Shown here: piece after piece, positions 20,675 through 29,505 of the stretch
Position numbering within the stretch: position 1 is the stretch's first letter
How the letters are laid out: each line of letters opens with the position of its first letter
Source of the DNA: Acidobacteriota bacterium
GTDB lineage: Bacteria > Acidobacteriota > UBA6911
Direction of reading: 5' to 3'
DNA length: 64,000 nt
Assembly: GCA_963664705.1 (NCBI GenBank)
Contig: OY761556.1
Span: 3,424,001-3,488,000, forward strand
Program-made: the position numbers and the translations under genes
The notes under the pieces: model-generated
What the model saw: only the letters and a program-made list of their open reading frames with translations
Told to the model about the DNA's origin: nothing
Databases searched by the model: none

Positions 20675-21295
20675 ATGAGTCGACTAATGCTACGCATTCT
20701 TTTCGCCGCCCTCTCGTTGCCGATTCTTGGCATGGCACAGACCGCTTCGCAAACCTCTGCCCCGGCGGCACCCGCCGTTATTGGCGCAGCCAAAATCGCA
20801 TGGATAAACCTGGAACAAGCCGTTCTGACCAGCGATGAAGGAAAGAACATGGTTTCCGAGATCCAGAAGTACGTGGACACCAAGAACTCGGAAAATGACA
20901 ACATGCGGAAGGAAGCGGAGACTCTCAGGAACCAGTTGAACGTTCAGGGCTCCAAGTTGACGGAAGAAGCGCGCACGGAACTCGAAGACCAGATCGAGGC
21001 AAAAGAGACCGCCCTGCAGCGTTTCCAGCAGGATACGCAGAAAGATATCGAGAACAGGCGCGTCAAAATGACGAACTACCTGGCCCGGAAAATGCAACCC
21101 ATCATCGAAAAGGTTGCGAAGGAAAAGGGGTTGAGTGCCGTTCTTGTTTTCAACTCTACTCGTGATGCTTATGTGGATCCTTCCCTGAACATCACCGAAG
21201 AGGTCATCAAGGCCTATAACCAGGCCAATGGTGCCGGTGCCCCGAAAACACCAGCAGCCCCCAAAGCTCCGGCCGCTGCAGCTCCCAAAAAGTAA
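20675..21295 (+). CDS. skp: Skp/OmpH periplasmic chaperone
   Basis: Signal peptide, KIAWINLEQAV, a coiled coil and VAKEKGLSAV; lies after bamA with an AAGGAG RBS. Confidence 0.88.
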   Translation: MSRLMLRILFAALSLPILGMAQTASQTSAPAAPAVIGAAKIAWINLEQAVLTSDEGKNMVSEIQKYVDTKNSENDNMRKEAETLRNQLNVQGSKLTEEARTELEDQIEAKETALQRFQQDTQKDIENRRVKMTNYLARKMQPIIEKVAKEKGLSAVLVFNSTRDAYVDPSLNITEEVIKAYNQANGAGAPKTPAAPKAPAAAAPKK

Positions 21296-21308
21296 CAGAT
21301 ACGAAAGC

Positions 21309-21344
21309 CGATGGCGTCAGGAGCGGGATGGCCTGACGCCATCG
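21309..21344. repeat. 13-bp perfect inverted repeat between skp and fabZ
   Basis: CGATGGCGTCAGG, a 10-nt loop, then CCTGACGCCATCG. Confidence 0.8.
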
Positions 21345-21356
21345 CCAAAAGAACCG

Positions 21357-21809
21357 ATGGAAAGTAGTCTTTCGACTTTAAAAATCCTCGAGATCCTGAA
21401 GGTACTGCCCCAGCGTTACCCATTCCTGCTTGTAGATCGAATCCTCGAGACCGATGGCTCAACGTATATGATTGGGCTCAAGAATGTCACGATAAATGAG
21501 CCATTTTTCCAGGGCCACTTTCCAGATCATCCCGTTATGCCAGGAGTGCTCCTCGTCGAAGCACTCGCCCAGGTTGGAGTCGTTCTTCTTCTTTGCGGCG
21601 ACCAGAGCAGAAACTCCAAGCTGGTTTATTTTTCGGGAATCGACAAATGTCGATTCCGACAGCCCGTCGTACCGGGAGACCAACTCAGGATCGAGGTAAA
21701 GGTTCTGAAACACCGTGACCGCTACTTTAAAATGGTGGGCCAAGGTCTGGTCGAGGGCAATATAGCAGTCGAAGCCGAGCTTTCCTGCTCGCTGGTGGAT
21801 CGCCCCTGA
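21357..21809 (+). CDS. fabZ: 3-hydroxyacyl-ACP dehydratase FabZ
   Basis: LPQRYPFLLVDR, KNVTINEPFFQGHFP, MPGVLLVEALAQ and FRQPVVPGD. Confidence 0.96.
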   Translation: MESSLSTLKILEILKVLPQRYPFLLVDRILETDGSTYMIGLKNVTINEPFFQGHFPDHPVMPGVLLVEALAQVGVVLLLCGDQSRNSKLVYFSGIDKCRFRQPVVPGDQLRIEVKVLKHRDRYFKMVGQGLVEGNIAVEAELSCSLVDRP

Positions 21810-21845
21810 CTGCTCCCGGCATTTGACTGGAGATCCGTACCTGAC

Positions 21846-22625
21846 ATGCCCATACACCCCACGGCAATTATAGATAGTTCATCCGAGATTTCATCAACGG
21901 CCCAAATTGGCCCCTATTGTATCGTCGGCCCTGAAACTCGAATCGGGGCGGATACTATCCTCGAATCGCACGTACACGTTCATGGCTGGACCACGATTGG
22001 CGAACGCTGCCATTTCTTTAGCCACAGTTCCATCGGAACGGATCCGCAGGATCTTAAATACAAAGGCGAGCCTACCTTCCTCAAGATCGGTAACGATAAC
22101 GTATTCCGGGAATTTATCAGTCTGAATCGAGGAACCAAGGGGGGACATGGGGTCACGGTCATCGGGAATAATAATTTCCTTATGGCCTATAGCCATATCG
22201 CCCATGACTGCATCGTCGGAGACAATGTAATCATGGCCAACGCCGGCACACTCGCGGGGCATGTCACCGTCGGAGATCACTCTACGGTCGGCGCATTTTC
22301 CGCTGTTCATCAGTTCTGCCGTGTCGGGCCACATGCATTTATCGGCGGATTTTCCGTAGTGACACGCGATGCCTTGCCCTATATCAAAACCGTGGGGGCA
22401 AGAAATGAAGCCAAGATTTACGGAATCAACACTATCGGTTTGCAGCGCAAGGGTTTTTCCGCGGAATCGATTACGGAACTCAAGCAGGTTTACAGAACCA
22501 TCTTCCGTTCCAAGCTGAACACAAGCGAGGCACTGGCAAAGGCAAAAGAAGTTCAATGGAAATCATCCGAAGTTGCCACTCTGATCGAGTTCATCGAGGG
22601 CTCCGAGAGAGGATTTATTCGGTAG
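21846..22625 (+). CDS. lpxA: UDP-GlcNAc(3N) acyltransferase LpxA
   Basis: IHPTAII hexapeptide repeats, PQDLKY, MAYSHIAHDC, LAGHV and VHQF. Confidence 0.96.
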   Translation: MPIHPTAIIDSSSEISSTAQIGPYCIVGPETRIGADTILESHVHVHGWTTIGERCHFFSHSSIGTDPQDLKYKGEPTFLKIGNDNVFREFISLNRGTKGGHGVTVIGNNNFLMAYSHIAHDCIVGDNVIMANAGTLAGHVTVGDHSTVGAFSAVHQFCRVGPHAFIGGFSVVTRDALPYIKTVGARNEAKIYGINTIGLQRKGFSAESITELKQVYRTIFRSKLNTSEALAKAKEVQWKSSEVATLIEFIEGSERGFIR

Positions 22626-22636
22626 AAGAATTCCAT

Positions 22637-22682
22637 ATCTGAAATCCGAGATCCGAAATCTGAAATCTGGAATCTGAAATCC
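22637..22682 (+). repeat. heptamer tandem repeat (ATCTGAA) x6.5
   Basis: ATCTGAA ATCCGAG ATCCGAA ATCTGAA ATCTGGA ATCTGAA ATCC fills the lpxA-lpxI gap. Confidence 0.9.
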
Positions 22683-22691
22683 ACGAGGTCT

Positions 22692-23519
22692 ATGTCGCAG
22701 CCAGACAAATATGGTCTTATTGCCGGAAATGGCCGATTTCCATTTTTGGTGCTCCAGTCTGCCCGGGAGCAAGGGATCGACGTGATTGTTGCCGCGATCA
22801 AAGAGGAAACGTTCAGCGACATAGCGGACTGCGGCTATCCTGTTCACTGGCTTGGATTGGGAGAATTGGGTAAACTGGTTCGGCTTTTTCGCAAATCCGG
22901 CGTACAAAAAGCTATGATGGCCGGCCAGGTCAAACATGTGCAGATCTTTGGTTCAGCCTTTCCGGATCTGACCATGATTCGAATGCTGGCAGGGCTGAAA
23001 CATAAGAACACCGATGCGCTGATTGGTGGAGTAGCTCGAGTTCTCGAAGAATCCGGGATCTCACTCATCGACTCCACCACGCTGCTGAAACCGTACCTGG
23101 CCGTGGAGGGACCGCTGACCCGCAGGCGCCTGAACGGGGACGAGTCCTCCGATGTTGAATACGGGCGTTCCATTGCGCACAAGATCGCCTCGATGGATAT
23201 CGGCCAGACTATTGTGGTGCGGGAACGCGCCGTGGTAGCGGTGGAGGCAATGGAAGGCACGGATGCCGTGATTACCAGAGCCGGCGAACTTGTTCACCGG
23301 AAAAATCTCACGGTCATCAAGGCAAGCAAGCCGAAACAGGACATGCGTTTTGATATTCCGGTCGTCGGACTTTCGACACTGGAAACTATGATCGCTGCGG
23401 GTGCAACGGCACTGGCTATCGATGCGGGTCGAACGCTGGTATTCGATCGCGACAAATTCCGAAAGACCGCCGATGATCATGGTATTGCCGTCGAGGCATT
23501 TGCGCCGATCGGCGATTGA
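22692..23519 (+). CDS. lpxI: UDP-2,3-diacylglucosamine diphosphatase LpxI
   Basis: GLIAGNGRFP, DIGQTIVV, AVEAMEGTD and KPKQDMRFDIPVVG. Confidence 0.93.
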   Translation: MSQPDKYGLIAGNGRFPFLVLQSAREQGIDVIVAAIKEETFSDIADCGYPVHWLGLGELGKLVRLFRKSGVQKAMMAGQVKHVQIFGSAFPDLTMIRMLAGLKHKNTDALIGGVARVLEESGISLIDSTTLLKPYLAVEGPLTRRRLNGDESSDVEYGRSIAHKIASMDIGQTIVVRERAVVAVEAMEGTDAVITRAGELVHRKNLTVIKASKPKQDMRFDIPVVGLSTLETMIAAGATALAIDAGRTLVFDRDKFRKTADDHGIAVEAFAPIGD

Positions 23520-23526
23520 GGCCTTT

Positions 23527-23554
23527 TCAATCGTCCATCGTCAACAATAAATCG
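23527..23554 (+). repeat. degenerate heptamer repeat (TCAATCG) x4
   Basis: TCAATCG TCCATCG TCAACAA TAAATCG in the gap between lpxI and the oxidoreductase. Confidence 0.55.
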
Positions 23555-23574
23555 ATTATGGAGTGAATTATCTG

Positions 23575-24534
23575 ATGGGAAAAATCCGCGTTGGAGTAGT
23601 CGGAGTCGGATCATTGGGCCAGCATCATGCCCGCGTATATGCCTCCATGCCGGAGGCAACGCTGGTCGGCGTGGTGGATCCTTTTCCGGGCCGGGCGGAA
23701 GAGGTGGCCAAGCCGCTCGGAACTCAGGTATTTCCATCGTACTCTGATCTATTTGGCAAAGTGGATGCAGTCAGCATTGCAACCCCCACGATCCTTCATG
23801 CCGAAATTGGCAAAAAGTTTTTGCAGGAGGGGGTGCATGTACTGGTGGAGAAGCCGATTGCCCACACTCTGGAAGAGGCAGATAGTCTGATCCGCGTAGC
23901 GCGGGACAACAACCGCGTGCTCCAGGTCGGACATCTCGAGCGATTCAACCCCGCAGTCGTGCGCCTGCGGGAAATTGTGCAAAAGCCTCGATTTTTTGAA
24001 GCTCATCGGATGGGGCTTTTTTCGCCGAGAAGCCTGGATATTGACGTTATTCTGGATCTCATGATCCACGATCTCGACATTATCTCGCTGCTGGTCCCCT
24101 CTCCGGTGGTACGCGTGGATGCCGTCGGCATTGCCATTCTGTCCAACCGGATTGATATCGCGAACGTTCGGCTTCATTTTGAAGACGGTTGCGTCGCCAA
24201 TATCACCGCAAGCCGCGTATCCATGGAAAAGATCCGCAAACTGCGACTGTTCCACAAGAATGAGTATATATCGGTGGATTATACCCGGCAGGAAGTTGCC
24301 GTTTTCAGTCTGAACCCGAGGCTTGGCGGTGGCATCCCGGAAATTGTTAACCGGAAGTTGACTCCGGAACGTAAAGAACCGTTGAGAGAAGAACTAACTG
24401 CTTTCATCGGTGCCGTATGCGGCAATCAGCCGGTTGAGTGTTCAGGAGAAGAAGGACGGAAGGCTCTAGATTTGGCTCTGCAAATTCTGGCCCAGGCTGA
24501 AAAGGCTCAGGCACGGGAAATTGACAGGGGTTAG
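23575..24534 (+). CDS. Gfo/Idh/MocA oxidoreductase, GnnA-like (UDP-GlcNAc 3-dehydrogenase)
   Basis: GVVGVGSLG, VLVEKPIA, VGHLERFNPA, DLMIHDLD and ANITASRVS; sits immediately after lpxA-lpxI. Confidence 0.85.
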   Translation: MGKIRVGVVGVGSLGQHHARVYASMPEATLVGVVDPFPGRAEEVAKPLGTQVFPSYSDLFGKVDAVSIATPTILHAEIGKKFLQEGVHVLVEKPIAHTLEEADSLIRVARDNNRVLQVGHLERFNPAVVRLREIVQKPRFFEAHRMGLFSPRSLDIDVILDLMIHDLDIISLLVPSPVVRVDAVGIAILSNRIDIANVRLHFEDGCVANITASRVSMEKIRKLRLFHKNEYISVDYTRQEVAVFSLNPRLGGGIPEIVNRKLTPERKEPLREELTAFIGAVCGNQPVECSGEEGRKALDLALQILAQAEKAQAREIDRG

Positions 24535-24550
24535 CCACCTTCCTTATACT
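24521..24550 (+). promoter_or_regulatory. putative sigma70 promoter of the tonB-like/spoIID genes
   Basis: TTGACA-N18-TATACT, followed by a GGAG RBS before 24577. Confidence 0.7.
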
Positions 24551-24576
24551 TTGGTCATCGCCTTGGGCGGAGTGTA

Positions 24577-25596
24577 TTGATGTTCGACTTTGCCATTTCC
24601 CGAAATCAGCAACGAACCCCTACCAAGCGCATTTTTGTGTCCTGGTTCGTCAGCGGTTTTGCGCACTTTTTACTTTTGTTCCTGCTGATTCAGTATCCGC
24701 AGCTGTTGCGGGGTGGCATGTATCATCGTTTCCGTCCACTTTCAGCCCTTACCAATCTGTTTAGTCCGCAGGGGCAGGAGGAAGAGGACAAGGATTGGCG
24801 CACGGTTGCCGTTCTCAGCACTCCGATGGTGCAGCCATCAGCCGCGACACTGAAAAAATATACAAAGGATTGGAGCGGGAAAACTCCCAATCTGCCTCCA
24901 ATCAATTTGCGCTGGGGTGAAGAACAAAAGAAGGCGCTAGAAAATCTTCCGCCTATTCCAAAATTGCGACAGGACCCAAAGCCTTCAGTCATTTTGCCGC
25001 CGCATTATGAGTCGCCCCCGGCCACTTCTCCCGTCGGCAATGCAACCCAGCCTCCCCTGGGTGCGACGCCTGCAGCCCAGGCCGATCCAAACCCTGGAAA
25101 GAAAGGACCTGGAAACCTTCCGCCCTCCGGCACGCCGACTGCCACGGAAACCGCGAACAGCAATGCTCCTTCGTCTATTCCGGACGGGATCAAGCAGGCT
25201 CCGAATGGCGTTCCTCCGGCCAAAGATGCGGTCAAGGTATTTGATAGCGAGCAGCAGGCAATCAAAAGCCCGGAAAGCGGCTTCTTCGGACCCGACGTCA
25301 AGGGATTTCCTTTGGGCGAATATGCCAACATGATCAAGGAGCGGATCAAAGGAAGGTGGTTCATCCCGTCGCATCTGAAGAATTCGCAGGGACACACAAC
25401 CATCGTCTTCTACATCAACCGAGATGGACGCTATTCCGGCGCCCGCATCGAAGCCTCTGCGTCATCCGGAAACAATGCCTTGGATATTGCCGCTCTGAAG
25501 GCAATCATGGATTCCAATCCATTTCCGCCGCTGCCAAAAGGCTTTCCCAGTGACCACCTCGGGGCCAAGTTTGTGCTTTCTTACAACGAACCGTAA
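24577..25596 (+). CDS. TonB/TolA C-terminal domain protein
   Basis: N-terminal TM helix SGFAHFLLL (SxxxH), Pro-rich linker, and C-terminal IKERIKGRW...SSGNNALDIAALKAI..SNPFPPLP. Confidence 0.85.
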   Translation: MMFDFAISRNQQRTPTKRIFVSWFVSGFAHFLLLFLLIQYPQLLRGGMYHRFRPLSALTNLFSPQGQEEEDKDWRTVAVLSTPMVQPSAATLKKYTKDWSGKTPNLPPINLRWGEEQKKALENLPPIPKLRQDPKPSVILPPHYESPPATSPVGNATQPPLGATPAAQADPNPGKKGPGNLPPSGTPTATETANSNAPSSIPDGIKQAPNGVPPAKDAVKVFDSEQQAIKSPESGFFGPDVKGFPLGEYANMIKERIKGRWFIPSHLKNSQGHTTIVFYINRDGRYSGARIEASASSGNNALDIAALKAIMDSNPFPPLPKGFPSDHLGAKFVLSYNEP

Positions 25597-28046
25597 TGTG
25601 CAAAATCGAACGGCTGCATGCAGGTGAACCGAGATCGAAGATGCGCCCGTTTGCAGTGCTCATGGCGACCGTTCTGCTGTTTGCCGCCTGTGGACGGCAT
25701 AGAGCCCAGGTCACACCGCCTGTTCTGAAACCACCCGCATCAACCTCGGCAAAAACACAGATCCCCGCGAACAAGCCGGCTCAGACAACGCCATTCCCAA
25801 CCGATCAGGGCAGGATAGCTGGAGCAACCGAACCGCTGAATCCGCCATCGGCAGATGCCCCGGTACCGGTTGAAGTACGTCTTTCCGGCCCTTTGATTCG
25901 GATTGGGCTTACCACCGATGCCAGGGAACTTCGGATTACTTCGCCAGGCGATTATTATGTGACGGAGAAGGTTTCGGAATCTTCACGGCAGTTGATCCAG
26001 GGCGAAATCCGCGTGCGTATCGAGGAAGAGGTCAGTGAGGATTCTTCCGTCTATCGCATTCAGGTTGCAGCCTTCGCCAAGATGGACCCGGCGATAGAAA
26101 TGAAAGAGAAGTTGTCCGGAGACATCTCGGAACCGGTGGTCATTCACGAAAATTCGGCATCAGGCTGGATTCAGGTACGAGTGGGCGCTTTCCCCTCCAA
26201 GAATGATGCGCAGCAGTTTCAGAAGACTTTGCAGAAACTGGGATACTCCGATTCCTTTATCGTCAAGGATGCTATTACCTCTGCGGGAGGCGGTCCAACG
26301 ATCGCCGTCCGCGGCGCAAACGGCTTTTTCCGCCTGAGCAAAGCCGGTTTTCTCGTTCAACCATCCTCTTCAAATTTTTTCATTTCCATTGATGGGAAGC
26401 CATACCGGGGAATGCTCGATCTCGCCTTGAACAAAAGCGGCAGAATGACCCTGGTTAATCAGCTTGGAATGGAAGAATATCTTCTGGGTGTAGTCCCCGC
26501 CGAAATCAGCCCAAGTGCATATCCAGAGGCCGCTGCGCTGTCAGCCCAGGCTATCGCTGCCCGAACCTATGCGTTGTTCCATCTCGGCCAATACAAAGCC
26601 GATGGATTCGATCTCACCGACGATACACGGACACAGGTGTATGAAGGCGTGGGATCGGAAAAATCGGCAACCAGCGAGGCTGTGCGCCAGACTTTCGGAC
26701 TCGCCATCTATTACCAGGATAAAGTAATTGATGCCATGTTCATGTCGACCTGCGGCGGACGCACAGAGGATTTCGCAAATGTTTTTGATGCCCAGCCGGT
26801 TCCCTACCTCAAAAGCGTGTTCTGCGCCATTGAAAGCGGCCCGGAAAAGGGCGAAACCGTCATCCTCGGACGACATGCCCTGGACAACACCATCCTTGCC
26901 GATGACGGAAGCCTGGCAAATCGAAATCTCGAGCTTGCATTGACTTTGGGCCTGAACAAATCCCGGGCAGACCTGACTCCCGAAGTTCTGACCGCTCCAT
27001 CCGAAAAGGCTGAGATTGTCCGTTGGGTTCAAACGGCCGTCAAGCTGGCAGCCAGGACAACCATTATCGATAATCCCGACCGCTCTCCGGATGTGCGCAC
27101 GCGGGCCGGTTTTTTCCAGTATGCGGTGGAAGCTTTTTTTGGAAGCGCGGAAATCAAACAACGTATTTCACCCAGAGATGTCGACTATTTCCTCGGCAAT
27201 CTGAAGGATGGCGATGCCGTCCCAGAAACGGCTCGTCCCGCACTGGCCTATCTTATTCAAAGCGGGTTGTGGCGCACGCAGGCTGATAACACCGTGCGAC
27301 CCAATGAACCGATACGAAAGGGGGATGCCCTGTCCGCGTTATCGCGATGGGTTGAATTCGCCCGCCCGGATGTCCTGCGAAAGGGCATTTTTGTTTCGCC
27401 TGGAACAGCCAGGGATGAAAGCGCCGCAGTTTCCTCCATTAACGTCAAATGGGGCAGCAAAACCCAGGAATTTCGATTTGCCGAGGATCCGTACCTTTTC
27501 CGGTTGGACGTCGGACGAACAACACCGGTAAACAGCCTCCGCATCATCGGCAATGAGAAGGTAGTTTTTCATATCAATGCCCAGGGAGCCATTGATTTTC
27601 TGGAAGCGGAATTGAATCCTGCGGGGGCATCGAGTGATCGCTATTCGCCGGTCGCGAATTGGAACACCACACTGACGCGATCCGCGGTGGCAGAGAAACT
27701 GCGCGGGATGACAGGGGGCATTGGCGAATTCCGAGACTTGGCGCCTTCCAAAACCGGCGACTCCGGAAGAGCCGTGCACATCCTGATAACGGGGAGCCGT
27801 GGCTCCATTGATCTTAATGGGAATAAGGTTCGCAATGCGTTAGGGCTGAGGGATACCTTGTTTACCATCAAGCGCGAATACAACCCGGACGGCACCATTG
27901 CCAGCTTCACTTTTAATGGGCGCGGATACGGTCACGGAGTCGGGTTGTGCCAGGTCGGAGCATTTGGAATGGCTCGCGCCGGCCGGAGCTATGAGGAAAT
28001 CATCAAGCATTATTTCCAGGGCGTGCAGCTGCGGAAAGCATACTGA
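25596..28046 (+). CDS. SpoIID/LytB-family lytic transglycosylase lipoprotein with SPOR and SLH-like domains
   Basis: Lipobox LFAAC; SPOR YRIQVAAF...VRVGAF; SpoIID motifs EEYLLGVVPAE, AQAIAARTYA, STCGG, VPYL and GYGHGVGLCQVGA. True start may be 25641. Confidence 0.88.
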   Translation: MCKIERLHAGEPRSKMRPFAVLMATVLLFAACGRHRAQVTPPVLKPPASTSAKTQIPANKPAQTTPFPTDQGRIAGATEPLNPPSADAPVPVEVRLSGPLIRIGLTTDARELRITSPGDYYVTEKVSESSRQLIQGEIRVRIEEEVSEDSSVYRIQVAAFAKMDPAIEMKEKLSGDISEPVVIHENSASGWIQVRVGAFPSKNDAQQFQKTLQKLGYSDSFIVKDAITSAGGGPTIAVRGANGFFRLSKAGFLVQPSSSNFFISIDGKPYRGMLDLALNKSGRMTLVNQLGMEEYLLGVVPAEISPSAYPEAAALSAQAIAARTYALFHLGQYKADGFDLTDDTRTQVYEGVGSEKSATSEAVRQTFGLAIYYQDKVIDAMFMSTCGGRTEDFANVFDAQPVPYLKSVFCAIESGPEKGETVILGRHALDNTILADDGSLANRNLELALTLGLNKSRADLTPEVLTAPSEKAEIVRWVQTAVKLAARTTIIDNPDRSPDVRTRAGFFQYAVEAFFGSAEIKQRISPRDVDYFLGNLKDGDAVPETARPALAYLIQSGLWRTQADNTVRPNEPIRKGDALSALSRWVEFARPDVLRKGIFVSPGTARDESAAVSSINVKWGSKTQEFRFAEDPYLFRLDVGRTTPVNSLRIIGNEKVVFHINAQGAIDFLEAELNPAGASSDRYSPVANWNTTLTRSAVAEKLRGMTGGIGEFRDLAPSKTGDSGRAVHILITGSRGSIDLNGNKVRNALGLRDTLFTIKREYNPDGTIASFTFNGRGYGHGVGLCQVGAFGMARAGRSYEEIIKHYFQGVQLRKAY

Positions 28047-28047
28047 C

Positions 28048-28103
28048 TTCAAATTCAGAGTTTCAGATTCGAGAGATCTGGAATTGTAAGCTTGGAATCT
28101 ACG
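28048..28103. repeat. inverted heptamer array (TTCAGAT-type x4, then ATCTGGA-type x4)
   Basis: TTCAAAT TCAGAGT TTCAGAT TCGAGAG | ATCTGGA ATTGTAA GCTTGGA ATCTACG; same unit as the array at 22637. Confidence 0.6.
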
Positions 28104-28213
28104 ACGAAATGGATCGATTCCGGTCACAATTGTTAGGTATCCTGGTCCTTGCAATCGTATTTCTTCTGATTGCCTGCATTCGTTACTACCTAAAGCTTGG
28201 TTAGAGAAACACA

Positions 28214-29173
28214 ATGTCGGGAGATATACCGGGAATTGTAATCGTTGGCCCCACGGCCTCGGGCAAAAGCCGGCTGGCATTGGCGCTGGCACCCCTTTTC
28301 AACGGGGAAATAGTCAGCTGTGATGCGCTTCAAATCTACAAAGGCATGGATATTGGAACAGCCAAAGTCACAAAATCCGACCAGTCTACCGTCCCGCATC
28401 ACATGATCGATGTGCAAACGCCGGATCAGGATTTTTCGGCGGGGGATTATCAACGCATGGCGCGCGATGTGATCTGCGGAATTCAGGAACGAGGCCATGT
28501 CCCCTTTATCGTGGGAGGAACCGGATTTTACCTGCGGGCCCTGATCGACGGGCTGTTTGAGGGGCCTTCACGGTCCGAAGCACTTCGCGCGCGGATGAGA
28601 AATATCCTCCAGCGCAAGGGATCTGTTTTTTTGCATAAACGGCTGAAGCGGGTTGACCCTTCCTCCGCGGCCAAAATATCTGCCGCGGATGGAGAGCGCA
28701 TTATCCGTGCCTATGAAGTGTTCCTCCTCACGGGTAAAAGCATGGAATGGTGGCAACAGCAGCCGCGGGATGCCTTTCATGGGTATCGCTGGCTGAAGCT
28801 TGGAATCAACATCCCACGCGATCAGCTCTATGACAGAATCAACCGGCGCGTCAATGAGATGTTTGAAAACGGATTGATCGAAGAGGTGCGGCTTCTACTG
28901 GCACAGTTCCCCGGCACTGCTCATGCGTTCAAGGCAATCGGTTACAAGCAGGCTATCGACTATCTGGAAAATCGTCTCTCCCTGGCGGAAGCTATCGCGG
29001 ATACACAGTTGCAGAGCCGTCACTATGCCAAAAGGCAGCTTACATGGTTTCGCGCGGATAAGACCACACAGTGGCTTGAAGGAATGGATAGTCTCGAGGA
29101 GCTTCAGCATAGAGCCGCCGCGATGATTGGGCAATTTCTGGCGAGTGCGGGAACGGCCACCGAAATCCCCTGA
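28214..29173 (+). CDS. miaA: tRNA dimethylallyltransferase
   Basis: GPTASGKS, DALQIYKGMDIGTAK, GGTGFY, AIGYKQ and YAKRQLTWF. Confidence 0.97.
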   Translation: MSGDIPGIVIVGPTASGKSRLALALAPLFNGEIVSCDALQIYKGMDIGTAKVTKSDQSTVPHHMIDVQTPDQDFSAGDYQRMARDVICGIQERGHVPFIVGGTGFYLRALIDGLFEGPSRSEALRARMRNILQRKGSVFLHKRLKRVDPSSAAKISAADGERIIRAYEVFLLTGKSMEWWQQQPRDAFHGYRWLKLGINIPRDQLYDRINRRVNEMFENGLIEEVRLLLAQFPGTAHAFKAIGYKQAIDYLENRLSLAEAIADTQLQSRHYAKRQLTWFRADKTTQWLEGMDSLEELQHRAAAMIGQFLASAGTATEIP

Positions 29174-29505
29174 ATTGCGTGAAGCCCTAGCCAGGTCATT
29201 TCAGCGACCATCCCCTTTTGCAGCGCGATTCGAACCGGTTTCCCTCGAATCCCCTTGCCCCAGTGCCGGTCGTATTGCATCGCCGGCAATATAGGAGCAG
29301 TTTCCGTGCCAGGAAAAGATTCGATAAATCTATCGCCTTAAGTATAATGTTTAATATAATTTGCGGACGGGATAGGAAGATGCCGTGAATCCCTGTATTA
29401 TGGGAATTGTCGTTGTTTGCATTATTTTTATGTCGCAGCCTCAAAACACCCGGCCTGACAAAATTCTTAACGTTCGGCCGATTTCTGCTGTTCTATAATG
29501 GACTT

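Noticed and set aside
22637-22682. CRISPR-like array
   Set aside because: Contiguous 7-mers with no spacers, and no cas genes in the window.
28043-28058. CTGACTTCAAATTCAG resembling a tRNA-Sec anticodon arm, or a UGA followed by a SECIS
   Set aside because: There are no other tRNA arms. The TGA is the normal SpoIID C-terminal stop, and the downstream hairpin is made of heptamer repeats.
29224-29254. GGTTCGAATC T-loop-like motif on the minus strand, suggesting a tRNA
   Set aside because: The flanks do not form a T stem or cloverleaf; it is one arm of a simple GATTCGA/TCGAATC hairpin.
29196-29444. 82-aa minus-strand ORF in the miaA-gatB gap
   Set aside because: No RBS or recognisable motif; its composition reflects AT-rich promoter DNA.
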